Shown: positions 1 through 8,996 of the stretch, in pieces
Numbering within the stretch: position 1 is the stretch's first letter
How the letters are laid out: the number at the start of each line of letters is the position of its first letter
Source of the DNA: Bacillota bacterium
GTDB taxonomy: Bacteria; Bacteroidota; Ignavibacteria; Ignavibacteriales; SURF-24
DNA: 62,452 bases
Direction: 5' to 3'
Assembly (NCBI GenBank): GCA_050262615.1
Contig: JBLNEL010000411.1
Span: 1 to 62,452 of the forward strand
Notes under the pieces: model-generated
Database searches by the model: none
The model's input: only the letters and a program-made list of their open reading frames with translations
Told to the model about the DNA's origin: nothing
Made by a program: the position numbers and the translations under genes

Positions 1-648
1 AATTGTAAGGGCTTTTGAATTAATCTGAAGTCCAAGAGTTTTCAGGCTCAGAATTACTTTTGAAAGAAGAGAGTTAATCTGTGAGTTATCAAATACAGCA
101 TCTTTAAAGCAGATATTACAAATATTTCTGCCGTCGGAATAGCTTTTACCACCTTTTGTTGTTCTTTCGCTAATAATGCGGCCGCAGTTATCGCACCTTG
201 AGAGTTCGCGGTTATGATATGAATGATATTTGTTGTTGTATAGGTCAATTGAGTAATCACCAGTTAAAGCTTTTCCGCATATGCTACATTTGGGGGCAAC
301 GTTGCTTTCATAGCAATCAGGGTGATACTTTTTTCCTGATTCTGTTACATATTCGCTTTTTATTATTTTATTGCAAAAATTGCAGACCAAGCCTTCTGAA
401 ACGGAATAGCAGTCCGGATGAAAGAACTTTCCGTCTTTTTCCATAAAAGAAGCGGTAATAACCTTACGGCATTTTGCGCACAGAAAATGTCTGGGGTGAA
501 AGTATTTGCCTTCAGCTTCAAGGTATTTGCCTGTTATTTCTTTTCCGCAATAACTGCATTCGGGAGCATTTTGGGCCCACAGGTAAAAAGGTAAAAAGAC
601 TAGCAGCAGTAAAACTTTCAGAATAAATTTTCTATCTGGTCTGATCAT
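1..648 (-). CDS. Secreted LIM-domain / DA1-like zinc-finger protein (N-terminal 216 aa; 3' end lies outside the window)
   Basis: Not in the ORF track because no stop codon falls in the window. ATG at 646-648 (minus) stays open in frame to position 1. Translation: MIRPDRKFILKVLLLLVFLPFYLWAQNAPECSYCGKEITGKYLEAEGKYFHPRHFLCAKCRKVITASFMEKDGKFFHPDCY..CNFCNKII..YHPDCY..CSICGKALTGDYSIDLYNNKYHSYHNRELSRCDNCGRII..DGRNICNICFKDAV. It has a hydrophobic signal-like N-terminus and two LIM-type double zinc fingers. These are followed by the LIM-like CxxC..H..RCxxC..DGRxxCxxC block that I recall from DA1-family proteins. Confidence 0.7.
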   Translation of the reverse strand, partial: MIRPDRKFILKVLLLLVFLPFYLWAQNAPECSYCGKEITGKYLEAEGKYFHPRHFLCAKCRKVITASFMEKDGKFFHPDCYSVSEGLVCNFCNKIIKSEYVTESGKKYHPDCYESNVAPKCSICGKALTGDYSIDLYNNKYHSYHNRELSRCDNCGRIISERTTKGGKSYSDGRNICNICFKDAVFDNSQINSLLSKVILSLKTLGLQINSKALTI

Positions 649-743
649 TAGGCAAATAAACTCATAAAATTAAAAATAAAACCATGGCAAATATCCTGAA
701 ATCGTCCTAAAAATTAAATACCGGGAATTTGCCCATAAGGTAT

Positions 744-3161
744 TTACAGGCTTAAGGTAAATCCCAGGCGTCCGGCAAATATTTTATTTGAATTATAAGC
801 ACCGTCTACTCTTATTACGCCATAGATGCCTGTAATTCCCATATAAGCTTCCCAGTAAACGGGTTTATTGCTTTCAGTAAGCTTAAGCTCAGAATCATCC
901 CAGGTTTTCAGAAAACTTGCGCCGGTAGTTATTCCCATATTCATATCTGTCAGTGATTTAAGGCCTATTGACTGAAAAATTATTCCCCGCCAGTTATGTT
1001 CAACGTGAAGCGCTGTCATTTTATCGCCCGTATAGTCATAGGGTTTAATTGCCTTAAAGACGCCGAAGGGTGAAACGAATGTAAGCGCTGCATCTGGTGA
1101 AAGTATATGCTGAAGTCCGAAATTTCCCTTAACAATTCCGCCCTCGAGCCTTATAAGCATAAAAGGGGGGAAGAAAAGTTCTTTAAAGAAAGTATTAAAT
1201 CTAATCTGGCAGGCTGAATAGGTTCTAAGGTAACCGAAATTGCCGCCTAATTCCTTTAGCGACAGATCAGCTGTCAAAGTAAAGCCGCTCTGGGGCATAA
1301 ACTGAAAGTTAAACGGGTCAGAACCTGCAATGAAGTTCAATCTAAGTCTATTATCCATACCTTCTTTAATTGCAGGGTTGATTCTTTTTGCAAAGCGTGA
1401 ATTAAATATCCTGTGATGAATCAGTTGAGTCAATGAGGTTTGTTTTTCCGAAACAAATCCAATTTCAGCAGAAAGACTATCCTTCCAGTTCTGTTTAATA
1501 CTTATATTGTAGCCTTTGGAGCGAAGGTAATTAAAGTTATCCTCGAGACCTAAAGTAACACTAAATGTATTCATCAGTTCAGTGAACTGGGAATTATGGT
1601 TCCATCTGTTAACATAGTCAAAGAAGCCTATATGTATTCCCATGGATTTTTTATTACCGGTATTAAAACCAATGAAACCTTTGCCTTCAGGTTTTTTAAG
1701 TCCAAATGAATATAGTCCCGAAAGTCCGAATGAAAAAAGGCTATCTATGGTGCTGTTATAATTAGCTCCAAGGCTTATGCCTGAGGTGCGTGTATTCTTA
1801 AAGCTGAGATAATTGAATAAATTATCAGCTGCCTTTTCAAGAAAATGGAGAAAAGGCGAGCTATTTCCAGAGGATTTCTTCTGTGTATTAGCAAAGCTTG
1901 ACAGAACGCCTGAGGTCTTTAACATAGTCATAGGCTTTTTTGTACTGTCTAGGTCTTTAAATGCAGCAATTTCATTCTCATTAAGAGGAATAGGTCTTAG
2001 AGAATCGGTTTCAGATCTTACAAGCATAACGGGTTTAAATAACTTTTTAAGAGAGTCCGCATAGGATGAATCCCTAAGTCCAAGATCAAGAAAAGGATTG
2101 TTCTTAAATATTGCAGAGGTATCGATTTCAGAATAATTAATTTTCTGGTTTGAAAAACTTCTGAACTGTTCTAGTTCCATTTTTTCAACTGAAAGAAGTC
2201 CTGCAAGGCTAACTCCGAGTGAAATATGGGACTCGAGGTATTGCGGGAACCAGAGGCTGCCCATTCTGATCTTATTTTCAGTAAATCTGAAGCTAAGGTC
2301 CTTTATAAAAGGTACGGTCATGCCGTTATTACTTTTAAGGTCGACTCCAACAAGGGCAAACGAGCTATCTTCAATAAGCACCAATCCTCTAAAGAGGGGT
2401 CTGATCTCTGAGCGGGGAATAACTTCAATTGAATAGACCATATTGCTTTCAGTATTTCTTGTATTAAGGAGTTTGAAGCGGTAGTAGTCAAATGCAGCAG
2501 GTGAAAGGGGCATATGCACTTTATTGCCGAAAATGATTATGGTATCTTTATAGAAATCCATTTTAAGCTGTTTAAATACATTGATGCTGTTATTATCTTT
2601 TTTGATGTTCTCTGTTTTAAATGAAGCCAGAACAAAGTCACTTTCCTTCTCACCTGACTTAAATCCTTTAATAAAGGATTCTTCTACTGAGGCGATTTGT
2701 CCAGCAGACTTAAAAATCGCCTTCCGGTATTCGTCATACTGAAGGTTATTGAGGATTTTTCTGTTTGCCTCTTTATTTTTAATTGCATTACGGATTATTC
2801 TATAAGCGGGGTCTTCATCATCTGATCCAATTACAATCTCAGGAAGCATTATTGAAAGAGGTTCAAGGAAGAATTCCAGTTTACCCGAATAAGGGATCTT
2901 AAGTCCGACTTCAGCTGATTTGTATCCGATATAGCTTACAATCAGGCTATGTTCTCCGAAGGGCAGGTCGAGAGTAAATTTCCCCTGGTTGTTAGTCGTT
3001 GTACCTGAAGTTGAAGCCTTAAGCTGGACTGTAGCATAGGAAAGCGGCTTTCTGTTTGACTTGTCGTATACAGTGCCTTCAATTCTGAAAGTCTGAGCAA
3101 AAATAAATACTGGAAATAAAGCTGATAGAAAAAAGCAGTATAGCAGACTTGACCTCATCAA
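744..3161 (-). CDS. Carboxypeptidase-regulatory-like domain protein, DUF5686-like (envelope associated)
   Basis: 805-aa ORF with a signal-like N-terminus. FRIEGTVYDKSNRKPLSYATVQLK..GKFTLDLPFGEHSLIVSYIGYKS is the CarboxypepD_reg motif pattern. Size and architecture match DUF5686-type proteins as I remember them; not searched. Confidence 0.6.
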   Translation of the reverse strand: MMRSSLLYCFFLSALFPVFIFAQTFRIEGTVYDKSNRKPLSYATVQLKASTSGTTTNNQGKFTLDLPFGEHSLIVSYIGYKSAEVGLKIPYSGKLEFFLEPLSIMLPEIVIGSDDEDPAYRIIRNAIKNKEANRKILNNLQYDEYRKAIFKSAGQIASVEESFIKGFKSGEKESDFVLASFKTENIKKDNNSINVFKQLKMDFYKDTIIIFGNKVHMPLSPAAFDYYRFKLLNTRNTESNMVYSIEVIPRSEIRPLFRGLVLIEDSSFALVGVDLKSNNGMTVPFIKDLSFRFTENKIRMGSLWFPQYLESHISLGVSLAGLLSVEKMELEQFRSFSNQKINYSEIDTSAIFKNNPFLDLGLRDSSYADSLKKLFKPVMLVRSETDSLRPIPLNENEIAAFKDLDSTKKPMTMLKTSGVLSSFANTQKKSSGNSSPFLHFLEKAADNLFNYLSFKNTRTSGISLGANYNSTIDSLFSFGLSGLYSFGLKKPEGKGFIGFNTGNKKSMGIHIGFFDYVNRWNHNSQFTELMNTFSVTLGLEDNFNYLRSKGYNISIKQNWKDSLSAEIGFVSEKQTSLTQLIHHRIFNSRFAKRINPAIKEGMDNRLRLNFIAGSDPFNFQFMPQSGFTLTADLSLKELGGNFGYLRTYSACQIRFNTFFKELFFPPFMLIRLEGGIVKGNFGLQHILSPDAALTFVSPFGVFKAIKPYDYTGDKMTALHVEHNWRGIIFQSIGLKSLTDMNMGITTGASFLKTWDDSELKLTESNKPVYWEAYMGITGIYGVIRVDGAYNSNKIFAGRLGFTLSL

Positions 3162-3448
3162 TTCTCCGAAAAGTGATTTATTTTCAATAGCTGGTATTTA
3201 TACTAAAATAAGACGCTCATCAAAGTAAAAATGTTACATTGATAAATAATGTGAGTATAAAAGATAAGTCTCACATATTAGCCTTAAAAGGAGAGCTATA
3301 TAATATGGAGAATAGAAAACTTTTCAAAGCAGAAAGTTTAATTAGTACAGGATTTTGTCAGCAGGTAAATGAGATTAAAGAAAAATTTTTTATCTTAATA
3401 TTATTAACCACCATTAAGAAAAGAATGTAAAAATTTGATGAGGGGAAT

Positions 3449-4507
3449 ATGGGAAAAAGCATTCTAAGGTTCATTTCAACAGTCATTTCTATAAGCATCA
3501 TCAGTTTAGCAAGTACAATTAATGCGCAGGAGAAAATTCCTGTAAAGCTAAGCGGGCTAATGTTCGGGGATTATTTTTACAATATTGAACAAAGGGATTC
3601 AACCAAAAAAGACTTAAATGGTTTTCAGTTCAGGAGGATATATCTTACAACTGATTTCGGCATAAGCGAATCATTTGATGTACGCTTCAGGCTTGAGGCC
3701 GACCAGACTGCTGCCTCGAACACATCGGGCGGAAGAATAGGTGTGATGGTAAAGGATGCTTACCTGAGGTGGAAGAATATTTTTAAGGGAAGCGATCTGA
3801 TTTTTGGGCTCTCGCCGGCACCATGGATAGATATTGCAGACCAGGTTTGGGGGTACCGCTCGCTTGAGAAGACGATAATGGATTTTAACGGAATTGTTCC
3901 TTCGCGTGACCTGGGAGTTGACTTAAGAGGAGCCATCAACGAACAATCTACAGTAAAGTATTGGGTAAAGGTTGGGAACAATTCAGCCAATGCTCCTGAA
4001 GTAAATAAGTATAAGAGGTTTTATGGTGCAATTCAGCTGCTTCCAATAAATAACTTTCAGCTTGTACTTTATGGAGATTACTCCCCTTTTGCTCCAAGGT
4101 TAGACCGTTTCGACAGGAAGACAAAGGCTAATGATGCGGCAGTTGGCGCAGTAATACTAAACTTCCTAGAGAAAGAGAGATATTCCTTTGCAGTTGAATC
4201 ATTCTACAGGATGCAGCAGAATAACTTTTCATCTGACAGTCTGAGTGCATTAAAGGATCAGACAGGCTTCGGTTTATCAGTATACGGGTGGTTTGCTTTA
4301 AGTGATATAATAAGGCTTGTTGCAAGGTTTGACAGTTTTGATCCGAACACTGACAGGGATAAAGACAAGTCGGAACTGATTGTAGGAGGAGTAGATTTCA
4401 GAGTCGATAAGAGTGTAAGTATTATACCAAATATTGAATCAGTCAGTTACCAGGGGTCAGATAAAAAAGATCTAATAGGAAGAGTTACATTTTCTTTTCA
4501 GTTTTAA
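3449..4507 (+). CDS. Outer-membrane beta-barrel, porin-like protein
   Basis: 352 aa with a signal peptide (..ASTINAQE). It shows an alternating hydrophobic strand pattern and ends ..RVTFSFQF; a terminal Phe is typical of OM barrels. Confidence 0.5.
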   Translation: MGKSILRFISTVISISIISLASTINAQEKIPVKLSGLMFGDYFYNIEQRDSTKKDLNGFQFRRIYLTTDFGISESFDVRFRLEADQTAASNTSGGRIGVMVKDAYLRWKNIFKGSDLIFGLSPAPWIDIADQVWGYRSLEKTIMDFNGIVPSRDLGVDLRGAINEQSTVKYWVKVGNNSANAPEVNKYKRFYGAIQLLPINNFQLVLYGDYSPFAPRLDRFDRKTKANDAAVGAVILNFLEKERYSFAVESFYRMQQNNFSSDSLSALKDQTGFGLSVYGWFALSDIIRLVARFDSFDPNTDRDKDKSELIVGGVDFRVDKSVSIIPNIESVSYQGSDKKDLIGRVTFSFQF

Positions 4508-4513
4508 GAATAA

Positions 4514-4542
4514 TCCGGACTCCGGGTCAATTGGGGTCCGGA
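4514..4542. terminator. Hairpin between convergent genes (likely bidirectional terminator)
   Basis: The arm tccggac(tcc) pairs with (ggg)gtccgga. It lies between the stop of the porin-like gene (4507) and the stop of the ywbE-like gene (4562). Confidence 0.5.
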
Positions 4543-4561
4543 GGTATTTGTAATTTCAAGC

Positions 4562-4765
4562 TTAATTTTCTTCCGGTAAAATTTCCTTAACCCTTCCGAC
4601 CTGGCCATCCTCAAGGCGGACTTTAATGCCGTGCGGGTGGGAGGAAGATGAAGTCAGTATATCCTTAACTACTCCAATTGTTCTTCTGCCGCTTCTCTGA
4701 TCTTGTTTTAATACAATGGCCACACGAATACCAGGCTGAATATTCTTTCGTTCTATTCGATTCAC
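4562..4765 (-). CDS. YwbE/DUF2196-family small protein
   Basis: 67 aa with a GTG start. GVVKDILTSSSSHPHGIKVRLEDGQVGRVKEI matches the YwbE-family signature as I remember it. Confidence 0.65.
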   Translation of the reverse strand: MNRIERKNIQPGIRVAIVLKQDQRSGRRTIGVVKDILTSSSSHPHGIKVRLEDGQVGRVKEILPEEN

Positions 4766-4910
4766 AAAAGCACTCCTTCAATTCACATTACAATTAAAAT
4801 TTATATACACACAATATAACAAAAACAAGGAGGAGATTACTTATGAATTTTGAAAGTCTCAATTTTCTAAAATAAGAGTTTATACAATGATGCTGTCAAA
4901 GAATAACTAA

Positions 4911-4952
4911 TGAAAAACATCAAGTGAAAAACATCAAATGAAACATATCAAA
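4911..4952. repeat. 14-nt tandem repeat x3 (tgaaaaacatcaag / tgaaaaacatcaaa / tgaaacatatcaaa)
   Basis: Read directly from the sequence. The third, degenerate copy overlaps the TGA stop (4948-4950, minus) of the lipoprotein gene. Confidence 0.8.
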
Positions 4953-6207
4953 GCCGGGGCAGAGCTATACCAATTGAAAATATCCATTCCCGGCTGAAAA
5001 ATGAAATATCCTGAGCGCCCTGTACTCCAAAGTCCTCACGGCTTAAAGGAGTATCGTAATGAAGAGAAAAGCGGCTTGAGATATCGAAGTTATAACGGGC
5101 TTCAAGCATCAGTTCCACGGGCAGGAGTCTACCGGTCGACATGCCTCCCCCAATTGTACCGCCCAAGAGAAGCTTATTATATTTCCCTGAAATATTAACA
5201 TTCCGATCATTATACCTGTTGTTCAGTTCCTGGTAAAACTCTTCTTTTTCTGTCTTTGCAGGCTGCAGGAAATCAAACCTTGGTCCTGCAATCAGGTATG
5301 GAGAGATCATAGTACGTTTAATATTAAGTCTTAGTACAGGAGCCAGCTCGAGCATCAGAGTTTTTTCAACAAAATTTCGTGAGACTGAATTAGACATATA
5401 ATTCCCATAACTAGTCTTCTCGCCAGGCAATTTGACCGTTACTTTTTCATCAGAACCAGCAAATATAAATGAGATTTCATTATTAAGAGAGAATAATCTT
5501 GACAGAGGCTGATTATAATAAAAACTAAATAAAAATCCCTGTCTTCCCTGGGCGTTTATCTGGTTAAACCTTGCAGGGTATCCATCGCCAATAATTTCAG
5601 GGCTGAATCCAGGATGGCTGCCTAGTCTGAAGCCAAATTTTTGGGCTGTATTAAGGTCACCAACTCCCGGCTTAGTGTCATTGAATGTAAAAACATAATC
5701 CTCGCCGAGTATACTTCCGAGAATAGCGCCAGGAATAAAGCCAAATGCAGCACCGATCAATCCGCTAGAGAAGGTATCCGTATGGGATCCAGAATTTGAA
5801 GCTCCGCCGCTTCCCTTGAAAAATATGAGACCCATTATTGTGCCGCCAGTTATACCAAGAGCTATTCCCGGTATAATACTTAAGCTGTGGCGTACAAGAG
5901 AAACGTGCTTTATATCAGATATTGGATAACTATATTCTTTCTCCCATTGACCAACCCAGTTATGGCCTATATACCTATTGCCCGTCAGAGTGCCACGGAG
6001 TGAATCTTCTTCGACCGTTACATTTTCAAGGTCAATAACAGAACTATCTTTAAAGGTAACTTCAGATGATTTTCCATCGGCATACTCATTGAATTGCCGG
6101 ATCAACTGAGGCTCGCTACCTTTAAAATCATCTTTTGAAATACTATTGGCGCAGCCGGCAAGCAATGCAGCAGCGAGAATTGCGAAGGTATAAATAGATG
6201 TTTTCAT
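4948..6207 (-). CDS. Lipoprotein with Gly-rich hydrophobic segments and a beta-rich C-terminal half (function unknown)
   Basis: 419 aa with the lipobox ..AALLAGC. The central segment is IIPGIALGITGGTIMGLIFF..GLIGAAFGFIPGAILGSILG. The C-terminal half shows strand periodicity. Confidence 0.5.
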   Translation of the reverse strand: MKTSIYTFAILAAALLAGCANSISKDDFKGSEPQLIRQFNEYADGKSSEVTFKDSSVIDLENVTVEEDSLRGTLTGNRYIGHNWVGQWEKEYSYPISDIKHVSLVRHSLSIIPGIALGITGGTIMGLIFFKGSGGASNSGSHTDTFSSGLIGAAFGFIPGAILGSILGEDYVFTFNDTKPGVGDLNTAQKFGFRLGSHPGFSPEIIGDGYPARFNQINAQGRQGFLFSFYYNQPLSRLFSLNNEISFIFAGSDEKVTVKLPGEKTSYGNYMSNSVSRNFVEKTLMLELAPVLRLNIKRTMISPYLIAGPRFDFLQPAKTEKEEFYQELNNRYNDRNVNISGKYNKLLLGGTIGGGMSTGRLLPVELMLEARYNFDISSRFSLHYDTPLSREDFGVQGAQDISFFSREWIFSIGIALPRL

Positions 6208-6323
6208 TAGCAGGTTTCCGGATTGTGATATCTATTATACTCTCAACTTAAAATAAAAAATTCCAAGCAGAGTTCGATTACAAAAATACAATATAAAATG
6301 AATAAATGAATGGGAAACAGGAG

Positions 6324-6380
6324 TAAGGAATTAAGAATTATGAATTAAGAATTAAGAATTATGAAGTAAGAATTATGAAT
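6324..6380. repeat. Heptanucleotide tandem repeat tract, unit TAWGAAT, about 8 units
   Basis: Units TAAGAAT 6332, TATGAAT 6339, TAAGAAT 6346, TAAGAAT 6353, TATGAAG 6360, TAAGAAT 6367 and TATGAAT 6374, preceded by TAAGGAAT. An orphan 1.5 units recur at 6445-6458, after the hairpin. Confidence 0.85.
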
Positions 6381-6384
6381 CAAA

Positions 6385-6419
6385 CCAGCCTGCGGCAGGC
6401 AATGCCTTCCGCAGGCTGG
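6385..6419. other. GC-rich near-perfect hairpin embedded in the heptamer tract
   Basis: ccagcctgcgg(c)aggca..tgcct(t)ccgcaggctgg forms an 11-bp perfect stem plus an extension. It sits in a divergent promoter region between the lipoprotein gene (minus) and the MCP gene (plus). Confidence 0.7.
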
Positions 6420-6797
6420 CAGGAATAATAGCTGAGGCAGGGAGTAAGAATTATGCCGGGTGGGATACGGGAGATACTTTGAAGGCAAAAAAAATTCTGA
6501 AAGTATCTTTAAGAAGGGATTAACATAAGATAAAAGGTGCCGATAATAGTTCTATGATTTTGTGTGTCAGAGATTGGATTAATTAGAATTATTTAGATTT
6601 AGATCATGTGAATTGTTAGGAAAATATTGTGAAGCTTCCAGTATTTATTTCTCTTCAGCTGCAGCACAACTCATCAGAAAATGATCTTCCGGAATTTTAA
6701 TCAATCTGTTTACAAAACACCAGATCATTAAAGCATTATATTTGAATGCGTGTGGATTTAATAGATACGGTCTGTTTAAAAATTGCAGGGAGTTTTT

Positions 6798-8888
6798 ATG
6801 AATTGGTTCAGTAGTCTAAAGATCGGTGTAAGGTTGATTTTAAGTTTCTGCGTTGTAGCATTTATCGCCGCAGTAATCGGATTAATAGGCACATATAACT
6901 TAAATAACATTGCAAAGTCGGCAAACTTAATGTGGCACAACAATGCTCTTCCAATAGCCAAGCTGGAAGATGTGCTTCAGCGATATCAGCATGTAAGGCT
7001 TACAACCTTAAAACTTGTAATGGAAAATGACAGGAATAAAATACAGAAATTTATAGATGATATAAGTGAAGACTCAAAAGCAATTTCAGAGGAGATTGAC
7101 TACTGTTCAAAAATAATTTCTACTGAAGAAGAAAAAACTCTTTATAAAAATGCACTCGAGGCCAGAAATGCATACAGAGTATATTTGAAGACTGTTGAAG
7201 AGCTCGGGATGGAAAATAAGGATGAAGAAGCCAGGATTGTTCTGCTTGGTGATATGACTAAAGCTGCTGTTAATTATGAGAAGGCAATAGGAGCTTGGGT
7301 AAAATATAATATAGAGGCAGGCAATGCTACAGCAGATAAAAATTCAGACAGTGCTGATAGTGCAATAAAGACAATGTTCTTATTTATGCTAATAGGAGTT
7401 GGAGCCAGTGTTGGTTTTGGAATATTTATTTCAAATATGATCAAACGCCCAGTAAACAAAGTACTTCTAATGGCGCAGGAGCTTCAGAAAGGGCATGTTA
7501 ATGCAAGAGCACATGTTGAAAGTAATGATGAGATAGGAATAATGGCTAAAACGCTTGATCAATTTGCAGTTCAGTTAGAAGGGCTGGCAGACGGCATGCT
7601 TGCTGTTTCTAAAGGAGATGTCTCACTTGAGCTTCCGAGCTATGATACAATGGACAGGTTGTCTCCATCTATGAATGCAATTACAAAGACACTCAGAAAC
7701 CTCACTTCAGAAGTTATCGAACTTACCAGGGCAGCAGTTGAGGGGCAATTGTCAAAGCGCGGAAATACTGAAAAGTATGAAGGCGGATTTAAGCAGATAG
7801 TAAAAGGTTTCAATGATACGCTTGATACAATAATGAAAAACATTCGTGACTATGAAGTAGTTGTAGAAAAGGTTGGCAGAGGTGATCTAACAGCCAGGAT
7901 GATTGGAGAATACAAAGGTGACTACCGGCTTTTGCAGCAAAATGCAAATAACTTTGCCGAGTCGCTTAACCAACTTATACTGCAGGTCCATGAAGCAACG
8001 CAGGCCACAGCAAGTTCAGCCAGTGAGATCTCAAGCTCAAGTGAACAAATGGCAGCAGGCAGCCAGGAACAAAGCCAGCAGACAACTGAAGTAGTCAGTG
8101 CAGTAGAAGAAATGACAAAAACAATTTTGGAGAGCACGCAAAATGCAGCCAAGGCATCAGAGAACTCCCGGCTTGCAAGTGAGAGTGCCACAGAAGGACA
8201 GAAAAAAGTAGAAGACACAAAAAGAGGCATGCTAAAGATTGTTCAGTCAACAAAGTCAACAGGAGAAAAGATCACGTCACTAGCAAAGAAGACAGAGCAG
8301 ATAGGCGAGATAGCGCAGGTAATTGATGACATTGCAGATCAGACTAATCTGCTTGCATTAAATGCAGCAATTGAAGCGGCAAGAGCCGGGGAGCAGGGTC
8401 GTGGCTTTGCAGTTGTAGCCGATGAGGTGAGGAAACTTGCAGAGCGGACAACAAAAGCCACAAAAGAAATTGCTGATACGATCAGGCAGATTCAGTCTGA
8501 AGCAAAAGAAGCTGATCAATCAATGAATGAAGCAAATAAAGTAGTAGAAGAAGGAATGAACCTGACCGAAGCAGTAGCCTTGTCGCTTAGTCAGATCTTA
8601 GAGATAAACCAGAGGGTTTCAGACATTGTCTCTCAGGTAGCAGCCGCAAGTGAAGAGCAGTCAAGTGCTGCAGAACAGATAAGCAAGAACATAGAAGGAA
8701 TTTCTTCAGTTACACAGCAGTCAGCTGCAGGCACAGAGCAGATTGCAAAGGCTGCAGAAGACTTAAACAGACTGACAGTGAACCTGCAGGAACTTGTTTC
8801 AAGGTTTAGGCTTAGCAATGAAAACAGCGGCCAGTTTTCGCAGGCAAGCAGAATGATTTCAGAAAATAAAAGGAAACTGATCCATTAA
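6798..8888 (+). CDS. Methyl-accepting chemotaxis protein
   Basis: Canonical signalling hairpin [48 protein letters not shown]. Two TM segments flank a helical periplasmic sensor of roughly 170 aa, with a HAMP region after TM2. I prefer ATG 6798 (GGGAG upstream) over the TTG 6783 used by the track. Confidence 0.9.
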   Translation: MNWFSSLKIGVRLILSFCVVAFIAAVIGLIGTYNLNNIAKSANLMWHNNALPIAKLEDVLQRYQHVRLTTLKLVMENDRNKIQKFIDDISEDSKAISEEIDYCSKIISTEEEKTLYKNALEARNAYRVYLKTVEELGMENKDEEARIVLLGDMTKAAVNYEKAIGAWVKYNIEAGNATADKNSDSADSAIKTMFLFMLIGVGASVGFGIFISNMIKRPVNKVLLMAQELQKGHVNARAHVESNDEIGIMAKTLDQFAVQLEGLADGMLAVSKGDVSLELPSYDTMDRLSPSMNAITKTLRNLTSEVIELTRAAVEGQLSKRGNTEKYEGGFKQIVKGFNDTLDTIMKNIRDYEVVVEKVGRGDLTARMIGEYKGDYRLLQQNANNFAESLNQLILQVHEATQATASSASEISSSSEQMAAGSQEQSQQTTEVVSAVEEMTKTILESTQNAAKASENSRLASESATEGQKKVEDTKRGMLKIVQSTKSTGEKITSLAKKTEQIGEIAQVIDDIADQTNLLALNAAIEAARAGEQGRGFAVVADEVRKLAERTTKATKEIADTIRQIQSEAKEADQSMNEANKVVEEGMNLTEAVALSLSQILEINQRVSDIVSQVAAASEEQSSAAEQISKNIEGISSVTQQSAAGTEQIAKAAEDLNRLTVNLQELVSRFRLSNENSGQFSQASRMISENKRKLIH

Positions 8889-8894
8889 ATAAAA

Positions 8895-8918
8895 AGCCCC
8901 CTGTAAAAGAAGGGGGCT
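8895..8918 (+). terminator. Hairpin after the MCP stop
   Basis: agccccct-gtaaaaga-agggggct, starting 7 nt after the stop. The T-tract is weak. Confidence 0.5.
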
Positions 8919-8996
8919 GAACTTGACAATTAAAAATTAATGATTATTTTATACTAAATTTCACTTTTATTTCAGCAATTAAATAATCATTTTTCT

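Noticed and set aside
54-446. Track ORFs 54-260 (minus) and 198-446 (plus).
   Set aside because: They are out-of-frame or opposite-strand shadows of the LIM/DA1-like gene (1-648, minus). That gene has a clear ATG, a signal-like leader and repeated zinc-finger motifs.
3239-3430. A 63-aa ORF in the spacer upstream of the porin-like gene, and a 62-aa ORF at 20651-20839 upstream of fba.
   Set aside because: They have no RBS, a Lys/Ile/Asn-rich composition typical of AT-rich intergenic DNA, and no recognisable motifs.
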